Source: Callorhinchus milii
Taxonomy: Eukaryota
Reading direction: 5' to 3'
DNA length: 64,000 nt
NCBI RefSeq assembly: GCF_018977255.1
Contig: NW_024704742.1
Span: 82,028,001 to 82,092,000, forward strand
A program made the position numbers and the translations under genes. Shown piece after piece: positions 39,501-53,445 of the stretch (position 1 is the first letter of the stretch; each line of letters begins with the position of its first letter). Under the pieces are notes generated by a model that saw nothing but the letters and a program-made list of their open reading frames with translations, was not told the origin of the DNA and did no database searches.

Positions 39501-40944
39501 ATACAATCATAGAAATTAACAGGGCAGAATGAAACCATTCAGCCATTAAATCTGCACTGGCTCTCAGAATGATCTGTACTTCGTTGCTCCACCTTGCCTC
39601 CTCCTTTCCATCTTCAGATCAATCCTGAATACCTTCCTCTTCAACTGTGCCTATGGTTACCTCTCCCCTCGCCCCAGTTCGGCGTCAAGGTCCACCACTT
39701 TTAGGTGCTCCGAGATGCTATCCCGACTAAAGGACCTATATAAATACAAGTTGTTTTTGTTGATGCTGTACATTCAATCCCACTGCATTCAGTGCTACGC
39801 TATCCCCATATCCCATTATTTGGTCAATTGCTCAATGTTGAATTTGAGAAACTTATCAATGTATTTATTATATATTTAGCAATGGTTGTCACTATAAATA
39901 TTCAGAGAGTTTTGTATAGGGCTTTGTTTAGTGTTTAGTGTTTCTGTGGTGCTACAGCAGAGCTTTATCTATAGCACTTGCTTTGCTATTTCTGATTTGG
40001 ATTTGTGTGCGGAACACTTGCATTTTGGTAGATCTTGGTAATTACTGGTTAGTGTCTGGTAGTTTAGAATTGCAACATTTTGATCTAATTATAATCGTAG
40101 TTAGCTATTTGCAGTTTCTACACGTGCCATGACAAGACATTGAGGAAAGGCCATTGTATCAGACAAATGTCATTGCTTCACTTGAGTGTGATGACTAAAG
40201 TGACTTTTATCTCTTTTCCACATGGAATTCCATACAGAAGACAGAAGTAGTTTAACCTTTAAATCAAATCTGTTTGCTTTAGTATTATACAGTGCTTTAT
40301 ACAGCAGTAGGTTTTAAGAAATGTTTGATCACTTAGAATTTGTATTCCAAACATTTCAAATTCAATCAGTTATTTTAACAGGGAATTAGATATATCCTTG
40401 AAAAAGAGGACTATTTCATGTTATGTAGAGCAAGCAGGAGATTGCCATTAGGAAAATTGGTGATTCACTTCATAGCTGTTTGTGGGCTTTTGGTGTGGAT
40501 AAATTGGCTGCCGTTTTCACCTATGAAATACACAGGCACCACACTTTACCACAATTCCTATGAAATACTTTGGCACTGACCCAACATAAAAGATTGCTGT
40601 ATCAAATACTTGAGTTATTATTATTATTATTATTGTGGCATTATGTGGTGTATCTGGAGATAAACATCAGTGCAGATGTGATCAATTGAATGGGCTGTTT
40701 CTGTGTTGTGAAGTGCTATGATTTCATTTGTGGAAGTACTTGATTTTTGCTGAAACAGACGTAACTCATCAGGGACTACAGAAACGCATGGCAGAATCGG
40801 TTTCAACATCACACAACTTAATCAGTGATTCTTCTAAAGCTTTTATTGGCAATCTAGCATTGGCAGATCTACCAAAAAGTGAAGAAGGAAAATAATTAGA
40901 TAGAGCTGGTGAAGACATTAATTGCCATCAAAACACATAGTGAG

Positions 40945-41520
40945 CAAATTCTTCATAACCACAATGTCAATTCCTTTCATTATTTACACACCTCAATCAA
41001 ATCCTTATTTAAACTCCTCAAACTAAAGGAATATAGCCTATGTCTACCCAAACTCTCATCATAGCTAAGACCCTTCATCCCAGGGATTAATCAAGTGAAT
41101 CTGCTGGATGCCCTCCAAGCTTGGTACATCAATCCTAAAATTGGGTACCAAAAATGAACTGAATTATAAAGGATTATGAAAGGGTAAATAGCAATATAAC
41201 TTATTTTGACTGGTTAGTCAATCCATAATTTAGCAGATTTAAGTGTAAAATGGTGACAAGGAGGATGAAGGGAGGGCTGGAAAAGGAAATTTGCCCAGAG
41301 GATGGTTGGGATGTTCAGTTCTCAGCAATTGTTGAAGCAGAATCCTGACATTATTTTAAAAGGAAATTAGACAAGATGCTTGAAGAGAAAGAATATTAAA
41401 GGGATGTGGGGAGCTAGTGCAATGGAATTAAATGAGGTAGCTCACTCCTGTGGAGAATAAGACTCACTGACACAGACCTAATGGCCTGTATGGTCTGTTT
41501 CTGTGCTGCACAATTCCATA
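40945..41520. mobile_element. Two oppositely oriented CR1 3' fragments (minus ~40945-41160, plus ~41161-41520)
   Basis: The minus piece translates LIPGMKGLSYDESLG...DLIEV; the plus piece runs on to a CR1 3' UTR (ggtctgtttctgtgctg). Confidence 0.7.
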
Positions 41521-43287
41521 CCATTTGTGTTTGTTCCCTGATGGTTGGATGGTAATTTCTAAGGTTTCACGACAAAATGAATGCTCTTCTCCCAATCAAA
41601 GCGGGAAACTGTCCACATTTTTTGGATGTAACCAACAGCTGCAAACCTTCTGTAAGAAGTCGAAGTTCTAATTTATTATCTGTCTGGATGAACTTTTGTC
41701 AGCAGCATAATGCAAAGAGAGTTTATTAAACAAAGTGCTTCCCTGAATGACCTGTTTCTGTGCTGTACAATTCTACAATTTCATACCATTTGAAGTATTA
41801 ACAAACCTTTTTAATAATTTGTTAAAATTTGACCACCATCAAAACAATACCTTTGAATACTATCTTCGACTGAAAGAGAATTGTGGTTCAATGACTCTGA
41901 ATTTCTGATATAAACCTATATGTCTTCATTGTCTTATTTTATTGTTCACCCTGTAAGGGACAGCAATATCATGTAGTGTTGCGTATTTCTATTGGTAAAA
42001 TCTAATTTAAGCAGCATTTAACTGAAGCACTTTTAATTAACCAGGTAACATAGCCAGTGGCAGAGAAATGCAATATAATTGTCCTTTGTCTTGGCTGGTG
42101 TTAAAAATTCAGAATGATATTTTTTCTTCCTTGAGTCCTTCTGATAGCGACAATGCACATTAATCCTGGATTAGCTTATTCCTTCCGACAAATCACCCAA
42201 GATCTCAGATGAAAAGACTTATGTTGATTCCATAGAAATGAAATAAAGTAAGGTTTCATGTCAGAACATACTCTTCAATCAGACCAAATCTGTATCAGCG
42301 ATTAGCTCCAGACGAGCAGAAAGTTACAATTTCCATCAGCATTTCAAAAGGTTAGTTAAATGTTGCAAAAATAAAACAAGCTCAAGACGTGGAACTGACT
42401 ACTCAATGCTTCTGCAAGATTTCCATCAAATTCTGATAATTTAACTTTCTTTTGATCCTATTTCCTATATAGCTATTTTTAAAACAGAATTAAATCTCTC
42501 GAAAGGGGTCCAATGCCACAATTATAAGTTTTTACATTTTAATCTCTATGTTTTCCGAGTTACCAAGTGATAAAAGCAACCACTTGTTGACCAATTCCAG
42601 GTGCATCTGGAGGTATAAGGGTCTAAATAAGATTGCTAAGTTGGAAACATCCATTCTAACATCCATTTCCTCATTTATTGTTTTTTTATGTTTGGTCTGA
42701 AAGGAGCTTGACACACATAGGAGCATCGTGGTACTTTATAAAGTCTCCAGTTTTAGCAACTAAGAACTCACAAAAGATTAAATAATTAAATAAATACATG
42801 AACAAAAACAAGAGAGCTAATGTTTGAATTGAGACAGTTAGATAAGTATATGCTGGACCTTGCTGCTCCAGTGAAGGAGAAAGGGAAGACTTGGGAGGTA
42901 AAGAGTTCTAAAAACATGAGATCCTGAGAAACAGTGAAATGAGTTTTAATTTCAATATTGTAAGAGAAGGAAGAGGGTTGATGCATTTGAATTAATATGA
43001 AGCTTATTTTCATTAAGAAGATGCATCCATTATGAAACATATAATATTCTGATTCTGAATACTCTTCAGCCTATAAAATACACGGTTACTAAACTCAGAA
43101 GTGATTTGAGACATCCTCATGATGTTAAATGCATCTGTATCAAATGCAAGGGTTATTTTAGGATTATTACGCTTATTGCAGTTCAAGATCTTAAAAATGC
43201 TTTCAAACAAACAATTGGAATAATTTTTGCATCAAAACTTTCTGCAATTTACACAGTATACCTTTAGTGTTTTCTTGTACAGAATTT

Positions 43288-43384
43288 TAATAATAATAAT
43301 AATCCTTGCATTTGATATAGCGCTTTTCACGTCGGGAGGACGTCCCAAAGCGCTTCACAGAACACATTGTAAAGTGTATTGACA
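43288..43384 (-). mobile_element. Young 5'-truncated SINE tail
   Basis: (aat)n ccttgcatttgatatagcgcttttcacgtcgggaggacgtccc. Confidence 0.9.
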
Positions 43385-43464
43385 ACTGAGGCATCAATAT
43401 TCAACACAACAAAGTAACTCGGACCGATTCCAAAAATATAAGGTAAGATTGGGTTAAATAGTGT

Positions 43465-43837
43465 CAATCAGGTTCAGTTTGTTGCAGTCTCACCTCTGAC
43501 TCAGAATGTTATGGCTGCAGCCCCAGGTCAGAACTCGTAGGTGTCGGCCTTCAAATAAGATGTTAAACTGAGCTCCTGTGTGCTGCATGGGTGGAAGTTA
43601 AAGATCCAATGGCATGATTCGAAAAGAGAAGGGGTTTTCTCCTGGTGTCCTGGCAAACAATCCCCCAGATATAATTGATCATTCATTCGTGGTTGTTTGT
43701 GAAACATTCCTAGGTGCAAATTATCTGCTGCCTACAACATATACAGTCACTACACTTTACAGGACATCCAATGAAGCACTTGAAGATGTTTTGATGGTGT
43801 GATAAGGCACTATATCACATACAAGGATTATTATTAT
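43465..43837 (+). mobile_element. Older DeuSINE-type SINE
   Basis: Deu core gggtggaagttaaagatccaatggcatgattcgaaaagagaaggggttttctcctggtgtcctggc. Confidence 0.8.
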
Positions 43838-43933
43838 CAAATGACGACACCAAAATGCTCTGCTTCTATAATGCAGATATTTCCTAGGACATTATTTAGG
43901 ACCATGTGCATTATTTTAATCCAACAAAGTGCC

Positions 43934-44346
43934 CAGAAAGCTCGTTCAGTCATACTTGTAACATAGACTTTTCATTAAAACCTGAGGTAAAATTAAGTCA
44001 GTATTAGTTCCTGTGTACTAGTTCGTTTGGAGATATTTTAATACTTCAGGGAGTCATCCTCTGCGTGGAAATTAGCTTTGATTAATATTTTTTTTCTTCC
44101 AGTACATAAACAAAAGTGTAGTTTTGCTCCTCAGTGATTGAACCTAATGATTATTACTGTGATTAGTTTGCCATTTCAATGTTTAACGCATGGTAATTCA
44201 CTTTAGCATCAGTTTATGACTCTTTATGGTTGTTTTGAGGCAACATAAAGGACTCCAACTGGCACACAAGAACTAATACTGACTTAATTTTACTTCAGGT
44301 TTTAATGAAAAGTCTATACTACAAACTTGACTGGAAGGGCTATCTG
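43934..44346. mobile_element. MITE-like element with 90-bp terminal inverted repeats
   Basis: 43934-44023 and 44257-44346 are reverse complements, sharing core atagacttttcattaaaacctga(g/a)gtaaaattaagtcagtattagttc; 233-bp spacer. Confidence 0.85.
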
Positions 44347-44403
44347 TCCTTGTTTAAAGCTATGCCTAAACTGTATTTTTAAAGCTAACTTGTTATACTG
44401 AAA

Positions 44404-44702
44404 CATTGTTCACCAGTACATTTTATTTAATGGGAAGGTTCAGAATACATATCTTTCCTTCCCTTCCCCTCCCCTCTCAGCATTCTGAAGGGACCTTTCC
44501 CTCCATGACCCCTGATTCCAGGCAGAGTGAAACCTTGGGTAAATTTCCTTATCATTGTTCACCAGTACATTTTATTTAATGGGAAGGTTCAGAATACATA
44601 TCTTTCCTTCCCTTCCCCTCCCCTCTCAGCATTCTGAAGGGACCTTTCCCTCCATGACTCCCTGATTCCAGGCAGAGTGAAACCTTGGGTAAATTTCCTT
44701 AT
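44404..44702 (+). repeat. Near-perfect tandem duplication (149 + 150 bp)
   Basis: 44404-44552 and 44553-44702 are identical except one extra T (gacccctg vs gactccctg). Confidence 0.95.
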
Positions 44703-44922
44703 CCCACATGCCTCATAATAATCCCTCCAAAAAACGAAACAATAATAAATTGGTCATTTTCAATCCACGACTGTTTGTGGGACATTGCTGTGCGCAATTG
44801 GCTGCCGCGTTCGCCCACAACTATACAGTCAATTCACTTTACAGTGTGTTCTGTGAAGCGCTTTGGGACATCCTCCCGACGTGAAAAGCGCTATATCAAA
44901 TGCAAGGATTATTATTATTATT
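44665..44922 (+). mobile_element. Young SINE (short subtype), head-truncated
   Basis: Near-consensus body and tail. Confidence 0.92.
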
Positions 44923-46214
44923 GTTTTTGAAAGTGGTGGGTGATGTTGCCATTGATATCTTTTACTGTGTACAAAGAAATTGAGAGACTTTCCGATTCGC
45001 CACGTTTTTCACTTCATCAAAGATAAGGTCAACCAGAAACCATCTCTATTACCACACTGCTGATATGCTACCTTTTTACCTAAAATAGCATCTTACCTCT
45101 ATAGAATGAGCAGGGCAAGAGTTTACAGCAAATTAAGTTCTCCTTTTCAATCCCAAGCCCTATTTATGTGCTGGGTGGGTACCTTAACCTGTTTGCCACT
45201 CGTAGTGGCCATTTAGGTCTGAAAGATTGTTATAACACGTTGAGTAGTTATGCAAGTACTTGACCATGGTGGTTACTGTTAATATTGCAGAATATACCAA
45301 GCGTTATTGAGCCAGTTTGTACTTGCCAAAAACAAATATCCAGCCTCATAAATCTGACCGCTACCAATTACAGTTGTGTAAGTACATGTGCACTGTAGTT
45401 TTGACAAATGCTATCAATCACGATTAACTAAATAACTTCATGCCACAAAAATTGCATAATTCATTGATTTGCAAGAATTGATTTTACATCACTGTTGTCC
45501 ATTTTTTAACTATTTTCAGTTTTAATAATAGGAATATGTTCCATTGTCAAAAAGGCATAGAAGAGTATTATATAAGGGAGATGTAACATCAAGTCTTCTG
45601 ACATTTACAAGTGAAGAAGCAAATGATCCACTGCATTTAGAATCCCACTGTTCACTGAAGGGGAAAAAAATCATCAGAATTATGAAGAAGGTTGAAGACC
45701 ATACAAAACCTTCACAGTGAATGAGCTACTCAGTTAGAAATGCCACAGGACTCTTCCCATAGCATCAATGCAGAACTCTGGAAAGAAGTCCAAATCAGAC
45801 TCACCGAAAGGGAAAATACAACACAAAGCCAGACACAGTGTGCATCCCAAGTTCCCAACCTCTATTTAGTTTTATACCCTGATAGAATGGTAGTCTGCTC
45901 AGGACCACACATGACATATGGAAGAAATACCTTAAGATCAGATGTGGGTACAGTAATCCATCATCTGTATACCAGGGTAGTAAAATAACCAATACCATAT
46001 AGTGAGAGCGGGGTAAGAGCATAACATTGAGATTAAAGCACAGGACAACCCCACTATAATACAGTTGTTGAGATCCAGGAAATTCCAATCCAAGCTGAAT
46101 TTAGAGGACCTGAGCTTATTTTTGTTGAGCATGCATCACTGTATTGAAGAGAATTGTAAAATACAATACAATTTATATTTATATAGCACTTTCATTTTAG
46201 TAAGCGCTTGACTA

Positions 46215-46525
46215 TAACAACAACACACATTTATATAGAGCCCTTCATGCAGGGGACCCTATACTGGGTGGCACTCAAGCTGGGAGTCGAGCAAGAGAGG
46301 TGGAAAGGGGATTGATGATCGACAGCTCATTAAAAGAGGCATGTTTTGAGACTTGCCCCTTAAATAAAGGGAGGGAGGGAGCGAGTCGGAGGGATTCCAG
46401 GATTGACTTCCAGAGAGTGGGGGCAGAAAAGCTAACAAATTGGCCGCCGATCATAGGGTATATGGGGTGGGGGAGAGGAAGTAGACCAGCGCCTGCTGAG
46501 CTAAGGGAATGGGCGGGTTGGTGTG
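46215..46525 (-). mobile_element. L2 LINE 3' end
   Basis: (aac)n tail; ttccagagagtgggggcag (LWKS-like on the minus strand). Confidence 0.75.
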
Positions 46526-49500
46526 ATAATGGGGTTCATGTCCATTATAGCTCCACTGGTATCAGCAAAGGCAAAATAGGCTGACTTGCATCTTTCGGTG
46601 TTTTTGTTCTTCACTTGTTAAGATATTTTGAATATCAGAATTTGTATATATATTGATGGCTGGAAACAAAACAATAAGGATGAGAAGGGACAAACTTTGT
46701 AAGTGCCATGAACTGGTGACTAACTTGGAAAATATTCCATTTGTAAAAGTAGATTGAGGATTAATACAAAGGAAAAAAAACAATCAGATGAAATTCTTGC
46801 CTAGACCCATTGACTCCACAAAATAAATCTTATCTGGTTGGATAAGTGAATTTAAAGACCAGATTAGGAAGATGCTGTATGATGGTTGAATTTTATCCTT
46901 GCAGTTTAGCTAGCACTTTCAAGTCACGGTTTAGAAGGGAAAATGAAGAGGAGGTGCATTTCAGCTTTAACGCTTTGAGATTAAAGCAATCCTGTCACCT
47001 ATAGGGAGTGGAATGATCAATTTGCACTGAATGAATGATATCCAAAAGTGGACAGGGCCCTGTTTTGTTCTTCAATCCTACTGCATGGGTCATGAGATAG
47101 AACCGCATTACTTTATTTTGATGGAAAATGAATCTCCCTGAGAAAGTCATGTCAGGCGATGCATTCTGTTATACATTATTTATAGCGCAAACTGAAAACA
47201 TGCCAGATAGCAGAAGTAGGGCAAATGCTGTTTCTAAAATGTAATACAGTTGTAATGTTTAATTTAATATGTGAATAATTAAAAGCAGCCAAGTACTGAT
47301 AAAACCACCCACTATTTTGTATCATTCCCACAATCCTGGGAGTAAACTTTCCACTGGGATCAGAATTTTTTTAGCATTTCAGAACGTGGAGAACTTGATC
47401 ATATTTAATCTTAATTTTGAACAGTTTCCCTCAGGTTTTTCTAAGAACTATAGAAAACCAGCTTTGAAATTGAGACTCTGCACCCTCTAAAAAGCTAAGA
47501 AATAGTGAAAATCCATATCAAGTGTTTAATTTCTTCCTGCTCCCATAGAAGAAATCATGTCAATGGTAGCTGTAGCAAATGAGCTAGGATTCCTAATAGT
47601 GAGATCACGATAGTCAGATCACAGGTATTGAGATTGCACAGGCCTTCGCAGTATGTATTGTCTGCTATTTAGTATTTGTACTTCATAAATCCATGTATTC
47701 AATAGTGGCATTTAAAAAAATCCATTCTTGTGTTGTCCTGAAATCTACCAGTAGGACAGTTAGTTGAGAAATTTGTAAAGTGCATTTGTGTATTTCTTTG
47801 GATCTACTGTGCCATACAGTGAAAAGGCACTGTGCACACATTTTTCTACATGGTGAGCTTCCATCCTTGGCAAGTCAGGCAGTCGGAGAGGTTGGAGCAG
47901 TAATGGGTACTTTTCCACAGTTATGGAAATTACTTAGTTGCTTTAGAGCATCTACTATCAAGAGCTCCAAAGCTAAAATGAAAGGAAGACCTCTCTGCAA
48001 ATAATGTAGAGAAACAATTTCAATGTAATGTTCATGAAAAGTGATTTAGTAATGCATGTGAGTGTATCTCTCAACTCACTGCAGAGGGTAACATTTTTGA
48101 AGATGCTTAATATCTACAGCCAATTCGTCACCTACCTGTTTGACCAAAAAATCAAAATAGCTTGAAAAAGGGGGATTGAAAACTAAGTAAATAAAATAAG
48201 CAGATCTATCAAAAAAGAATGAATGGAGATTTGTAAAAAAAAGTTGTTTTTTCAAATTTCTTTTTGCTTAGGTGAAGATTTGATTTTTTTTCAGTCATAG
48301 AATTGTGTATGGTGATAAAGCACAGAAACAGGCCATTTGGCTGATCTAGACCATACTCCATATGAACCCCTATCATATTCCAGTTGTAAGAATGTGCTGC
48401 GGGGAAGGGTAATGTGTATGTATTGTGGAGAAGGATAATGTAAAGGCACCCTGTTTTGCATGTAACCTCGTCTGCTGCATCTCCATCATTGCAATATATT
48501 TTATCTGGCATTTTACTGCAGAAAGATGATTCCAAACTGTCAAAGATCAATGGATTCTTCTTATAAGATGGACAGTTTAATCTTTCAGCAGTCTTTTCAC
48601 AGACTTAATAAAGAGTGGTTAGGTGGCTTTGTGATGGTGGCAGGCCTTACCATCACAGGATATTTCAACTGTCACACTCCATATGTCTTGTCATACATTA
48701 TCTTTTTTAACATGCATGACGAGCTGGCTGGCTGGTCCAGTCTGCTTCTTATGGACTTTACATACTGATTCACTGACCTTCTTTACTCGTGACTGAAAGA
48801 CATTGTGGGGCCGTCTCCAAGCACCAAAAGTTTACACTGTAAACAATTTTATTTGTGTCTCAGAACAGTTTAAAAACATTTAATAAATATACAGCAAGCG
48901 CAGTTAGTTGCAAATCACGTAGTGTTCCCTGAGTGTATTAGGAACCTTCAAACAGTATGAATAATACACACTACCTACAGAGTATCTATTCAGTTAAATG
49001 GAATTAAGAGCTAATTGACATTGAAGGCTGCTACAATCTTTTTAACATTTTGCTTTCAGTGATTTAATATTTAATTGTTATTTCAGAGGTGATGTGAGAT
49101 GTTAGATATCATGAGTTACTTAATTTGCTTAAACTGGTTGCACTGCCATTATTTTCTCAATAGTAGTTTGAGAAACCCTCATGAGCATAAGGAAGAAGGA
49201 AAATTTGCTGTTTATATTGTAAGTTACATAGATCTTTTCAAGTCTAATGCTCTTAAAAGCTCTCAGACCCTATCCTCCGTGAAGGATGCTGTATACAGGC
49301 AAGTTGTTCTTGTTTTTCTTAACTTTTTAAGCCTGGAACAAACAAACAACAAACAATATACATCGGCAATTTGAATGTTTGCTTTCAAACATTTTGTTTT
49401 TCGGTCAGCTGAGTGTCATGAAACCCATCACTTTTAAGATTATCCATTGAGCAGAGAGTTAATGCAACAGACGGATTGCCTGAAGAACAATAATAATAAT

Positions 49501-50199
49501 ATTCTTAACTTATTATTAAATTAAGGTCTTAATAAGGTCAAGGATCTGAAGTTGTTGATAAAATAACTGCCAAAGACTGGGATCACCATGATTGCTGTGG
49601 GTAACTTGAGGCATTGGTGGCTGTACATTCAGATATTCATCTTCCATCTTTTGTGGGCATTTCACCTACAAAATACACAGTCAATGCACTTAACAGTATA
49701 TCCTTTGAAGCATTTATAGATGTCTCAATGATGTGACAAGCCGTCTATTTGAAATGCAAGAATTATTATAAGTAGTAGTATTGTTATTATTATTATTATT
49801 ATTTATCTTCAGTTACTGCTGCCACTATCGGAAACTGAATAGTTAACAGTGGAGGTTTTTATTATATAATGTTAATAATCCTTGCATTTGATATCTTCTC
49901 ACATGCAGGAATTTGAAAGGAAGCCTGGCTACTTCATTATGTGTGCTGACATGTGGTAGTGCCAATGGATGAGTGTGTAGTCGCTAGGGTAATATACTCC
50001 CAATGTAAAGTGAATGTGGAGCACTACTGGTTACCAAGAACCTACTGCATTTCAAGTCCCTGTCATTTTAAATTTGTGTGTGAGTGCCCTAATGTAATGT
50101 TGCCTTGTTATAAGCAATGTAAGAAATAAGATGCTATACTACAAATATCTAGGTCATAACACTGGTGAATGGCAGAGTGGGATCACTGTGAACATTTTT

Positions 50200-50790
50200 T
50201 AATAGAATCATTGAAATTTACAGTGCAGAAGGAGGCCATTTGGCTCATTGAATCTGCACAGGTTCATAGAGCAAAGTAATGATTCAATACCAATGCCCCG
50301 CCCTATCCCCATTCCTCTTCAAGCCTTTATTTTTCATATACCTGTCTGTATCTCTGTTGAAACCCACAATGGACTCTACTTCCAGCACCTTACTTGGCAG
50401 GACATTCCACATGCCAACAACTTTAAAAACATTTCTCCTAAGCTATCCTTTCAGTCTTCCTTTGACTATCTTTTATCGTTGTCTCCAAGTTGCTGACTCC
50501 CTTATACATTGAAATAGATTTTCTCATTTTACACTGTCAAAAACCTTCATTATGTGCACCTTCATCAGGTCCGCTTTCAAACTTTTCTGTTCTGATGAAA
50601 ACAATCCCAACTTCTCCAATCTCTCCTCATAACTCTAGCTCCTCATCCCTAGTATCATTCCTGTAAACCTCCTCTGGATCCCCCCAAAACACATCTTTCC
50701 TGAAGTGAGGTACCCAAAACTAGACACGGTACTCCAGTTGCAGCTTTACCAATGAGTTTTACAAACTTATCATTAATTTTGCTTTTGTGC
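50200..50790 (-). mobile_element. CR1 LINE 3' fragment
   Basis: Reverse complement has ctggagtaccgtgtctagttttgggtacctcacttcaggaaagatg (LEY.V.FW.PHFRKD) and a CR1 tail. Confidence 0.85.
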
Positions 50791-51376
50791 GTTTTGCTCC
50801 TATGTATTAAACCCACATACAAATGTGTATTTCGAAGTTCAGACAGTTGTAAATAGTTTGAACTTGACTCTTACACTGGGCAATGTTGCTTGTATTTTCT
50901 TGGTGAGACTATTCTCACTTCCTGCTGATTCCACACATTCACGTTATACTGCCATAATTTCTGGTGTGAGGTTAGTGACACCATAACTTCCCAGAGGTTA
51001 TGGTCTGAGTTTATGATCCAAGTTTATGAACTCAAATTCCTGTGTTATAATGAGGTCACCTTGTAGCGCAGTAGTATATTGAATACACCATGTTATGAAA
51101 AGTAGAAATGGTGGAAAATGATGGTGGTGTTGAGAAGCATTGAGCTACAGGATAAACCTCCAAAAACCTCTTGATCTTGATTCTCATGATTATGTTATTA
51201 ACTAAACCCCAAGAGTAAATTACAGACAACTTACTCACAATAAACCATCCATAATTGTATGTGTATGTAGAATATAATAATTATACAACAAGAGTTGGCA
51301 TTTTTCCAGTGAAATCTATGCAAATACCAGCTGAATTCAATGTGAGAACCGACCAAATAATGCATGAGTGAAAAGT

Positions 51377-51958
51377 ACAACAGCAAAATTACATTTACAG
51401 AGCACTTTTCACATCAGGAGGACATCTCAAGGTGCTGGACAGACAGTGGTCATGACCCGAGCATGGGGGAGGGGTGGGGTAGGGGTGAGGGAAGGCAGAG
51501 AGGTGGGAGGGCGACTGAAGGCACGATCAAAGAGGAGGGTCTTGAGACCGGCCTTGAAGGAGGCAAGGGAGGAAGCGAGGCGAAGAGATTGTGGGATGGA
51601 GTTTCAGAGTGTGGGGGCAGAGAGGCTGGAAGCCCGGCCACCGATGGTAGGGCAGGTCGGGTGGGAGACGTGGAGCAGACCGGAGCCCGCTGAACGGAGG
51701 GAGCTGGTAGGTTGATAGGGAGTCAGCTGGTCAGAGCGGTAGGAGAGGGCAAGGCCATAGATGGCCTTAAAAGTGAGGACGAGAATCTTGAATTCGATCC
51801 TCTGAGGGATGGGGAGTCAGTGGAGTCGGGCGAGGGTGGGAGTGATGGGGTCACGGAGTCTGGTCCACGAGAGTACACGAGCTGCAGAGTTTTGGATGAT
51901 CTGCAGCTTGTGAAGGGAAGAGTTGGAAAGGCCGATGAGGAGGGAATTTCCATAATCA
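51377..51958 (-). mobile_element. L2 LINE 3' fragment
   Basis: LIGLSNSSLHKLQIIQNSAARV...RIEFKILVLTFKAIYGLA translation. Confidence 0.9.
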
Positions 51959-52339
51959 AAGTATGCTATGACTTTGGGCCTGCCTGTTGAATAAATATAT
52001 ATGAGTCAAATTAAGACTGGTATTTTCAAGGCGAGCATGAAATATTAATGAAGCTGAGAAAGAGCTCCTTATGAAATGATGCCGGATTTCTCTGATTTAT
52101 TGCTGATTCATAGAAGATAGCTTTTAGAAAGGAAGGTATTGTCACTGCTCTCATTGGAAGGATTTTTATCAGTGTTACACCCTATTTATTTTTTATTTCC
52201 CTTCCCCTTTCTAATGATTAGAGATAAAGGTTTTCGCTGCAGTGGATATGTGGAAGAAACCCTCGCCAAAAAGTACTTGATGCTGGTTTGATTAGTTCCT
52301 TTGAAGAAGGACTGGACAAGTGAAAAGTACCTGTTTGTG

Positions 52340-53445
52340 AACTGACATATATGGTATGTGGAGATAGGAGCAGATTGAGATGAGCAAATACACTTTTTGA
52401 ATGGTGAATGGTTGTTTTTCAGACTAGAGGGAAGTTTACAGTGTTGTCCCCGAGGGTTCAGTATTAGGTCCACTACTCTTTTTGATATACATAAATGACT
52501 TGGACTTGGATATAAGGAGCAAAATTTTAAAGTTTGCAGATGGCACAAAACTTGGAACATGGTAAGCAGTGAAAATGATGGTTGCAGACTGCAGGAGGAT
52601 ACAGACAGACTGGTGAAATGGGCAGACACATGGCAGTTGAAGTTTAATGCAGCGAAGTCTAAGGTGATACATTTTGGGAGGAGAATGAGGAGAGGCAATA
52701 TAAACTAAATGGTTCAGTTTTAAAGGGGGTTCAGGAGCAGAGAGAACCAGGGTTTCACATACACAGGTCTTTTTAGGTGGCAGGACAGGTTGATAGAGCT
52801 GTTAAAAAGCATATCAGATCCTTGGCTTTATAAATAGAGGCAAATAGAGTACAAAAGCAAGGAAATGCCGCTTCATGTCACTAGTTAGGCCTCAGCTGGA
52901 AGTATTGTGTCCAATTCTGGGCACCACACTTTATAAAGGATATCAAGGCCTTCAAGAGGTTGCAGAGGATATTTACTAGAATAGTACCATGGAAGAAGAA
53001 CTTTAGTTATGTGGAGAGACTAGAGAAGCTGGGATTTTTCTCCTTTGAGCAGAGAAGGTTAAAAGGAGATTTACTAGAGGTATTCAAAATTATGAGCAGT
53101 TTTAATAAGTAGATAGTGAGAAATTGTTTCCACTGGCAGGTGGGTCGTTAACCAGGGAACATAGATGCAAGATAATTGGCAAAAGAACCAGAGGCGAGAA
53201 GAGGAGATTTTTTTACACAAAGAGTTGTTATGGTTTGGAACGCATTGCCTGAAAGGGTGATGGGAACAGATTCAATAATAACTTTCAAAAAGATATTGGA
53301 TAGATACTTGAAAGGGAAACATTTGCAACAATATAGGGAAAGAGCGGAGTAGTGGGACTGATTGGGTGACATTTACAAAGAGCTGACACAGGCACGATGG
53401 GCCAAATGGCCTCCTTCTGTGCTATAATATTCTATGATTCTAAGA
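52340..53445 (+). mobile_element. CR1 LINE 3' ~1.1 kb (RT C-terminus and tail)
   Basis: GSVLGPLLFLIYINDLDLDIRSKILKFADGTKLG; WADTWQLKFNAAK; tail ttctatgattcta. Confidence 0.93.
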
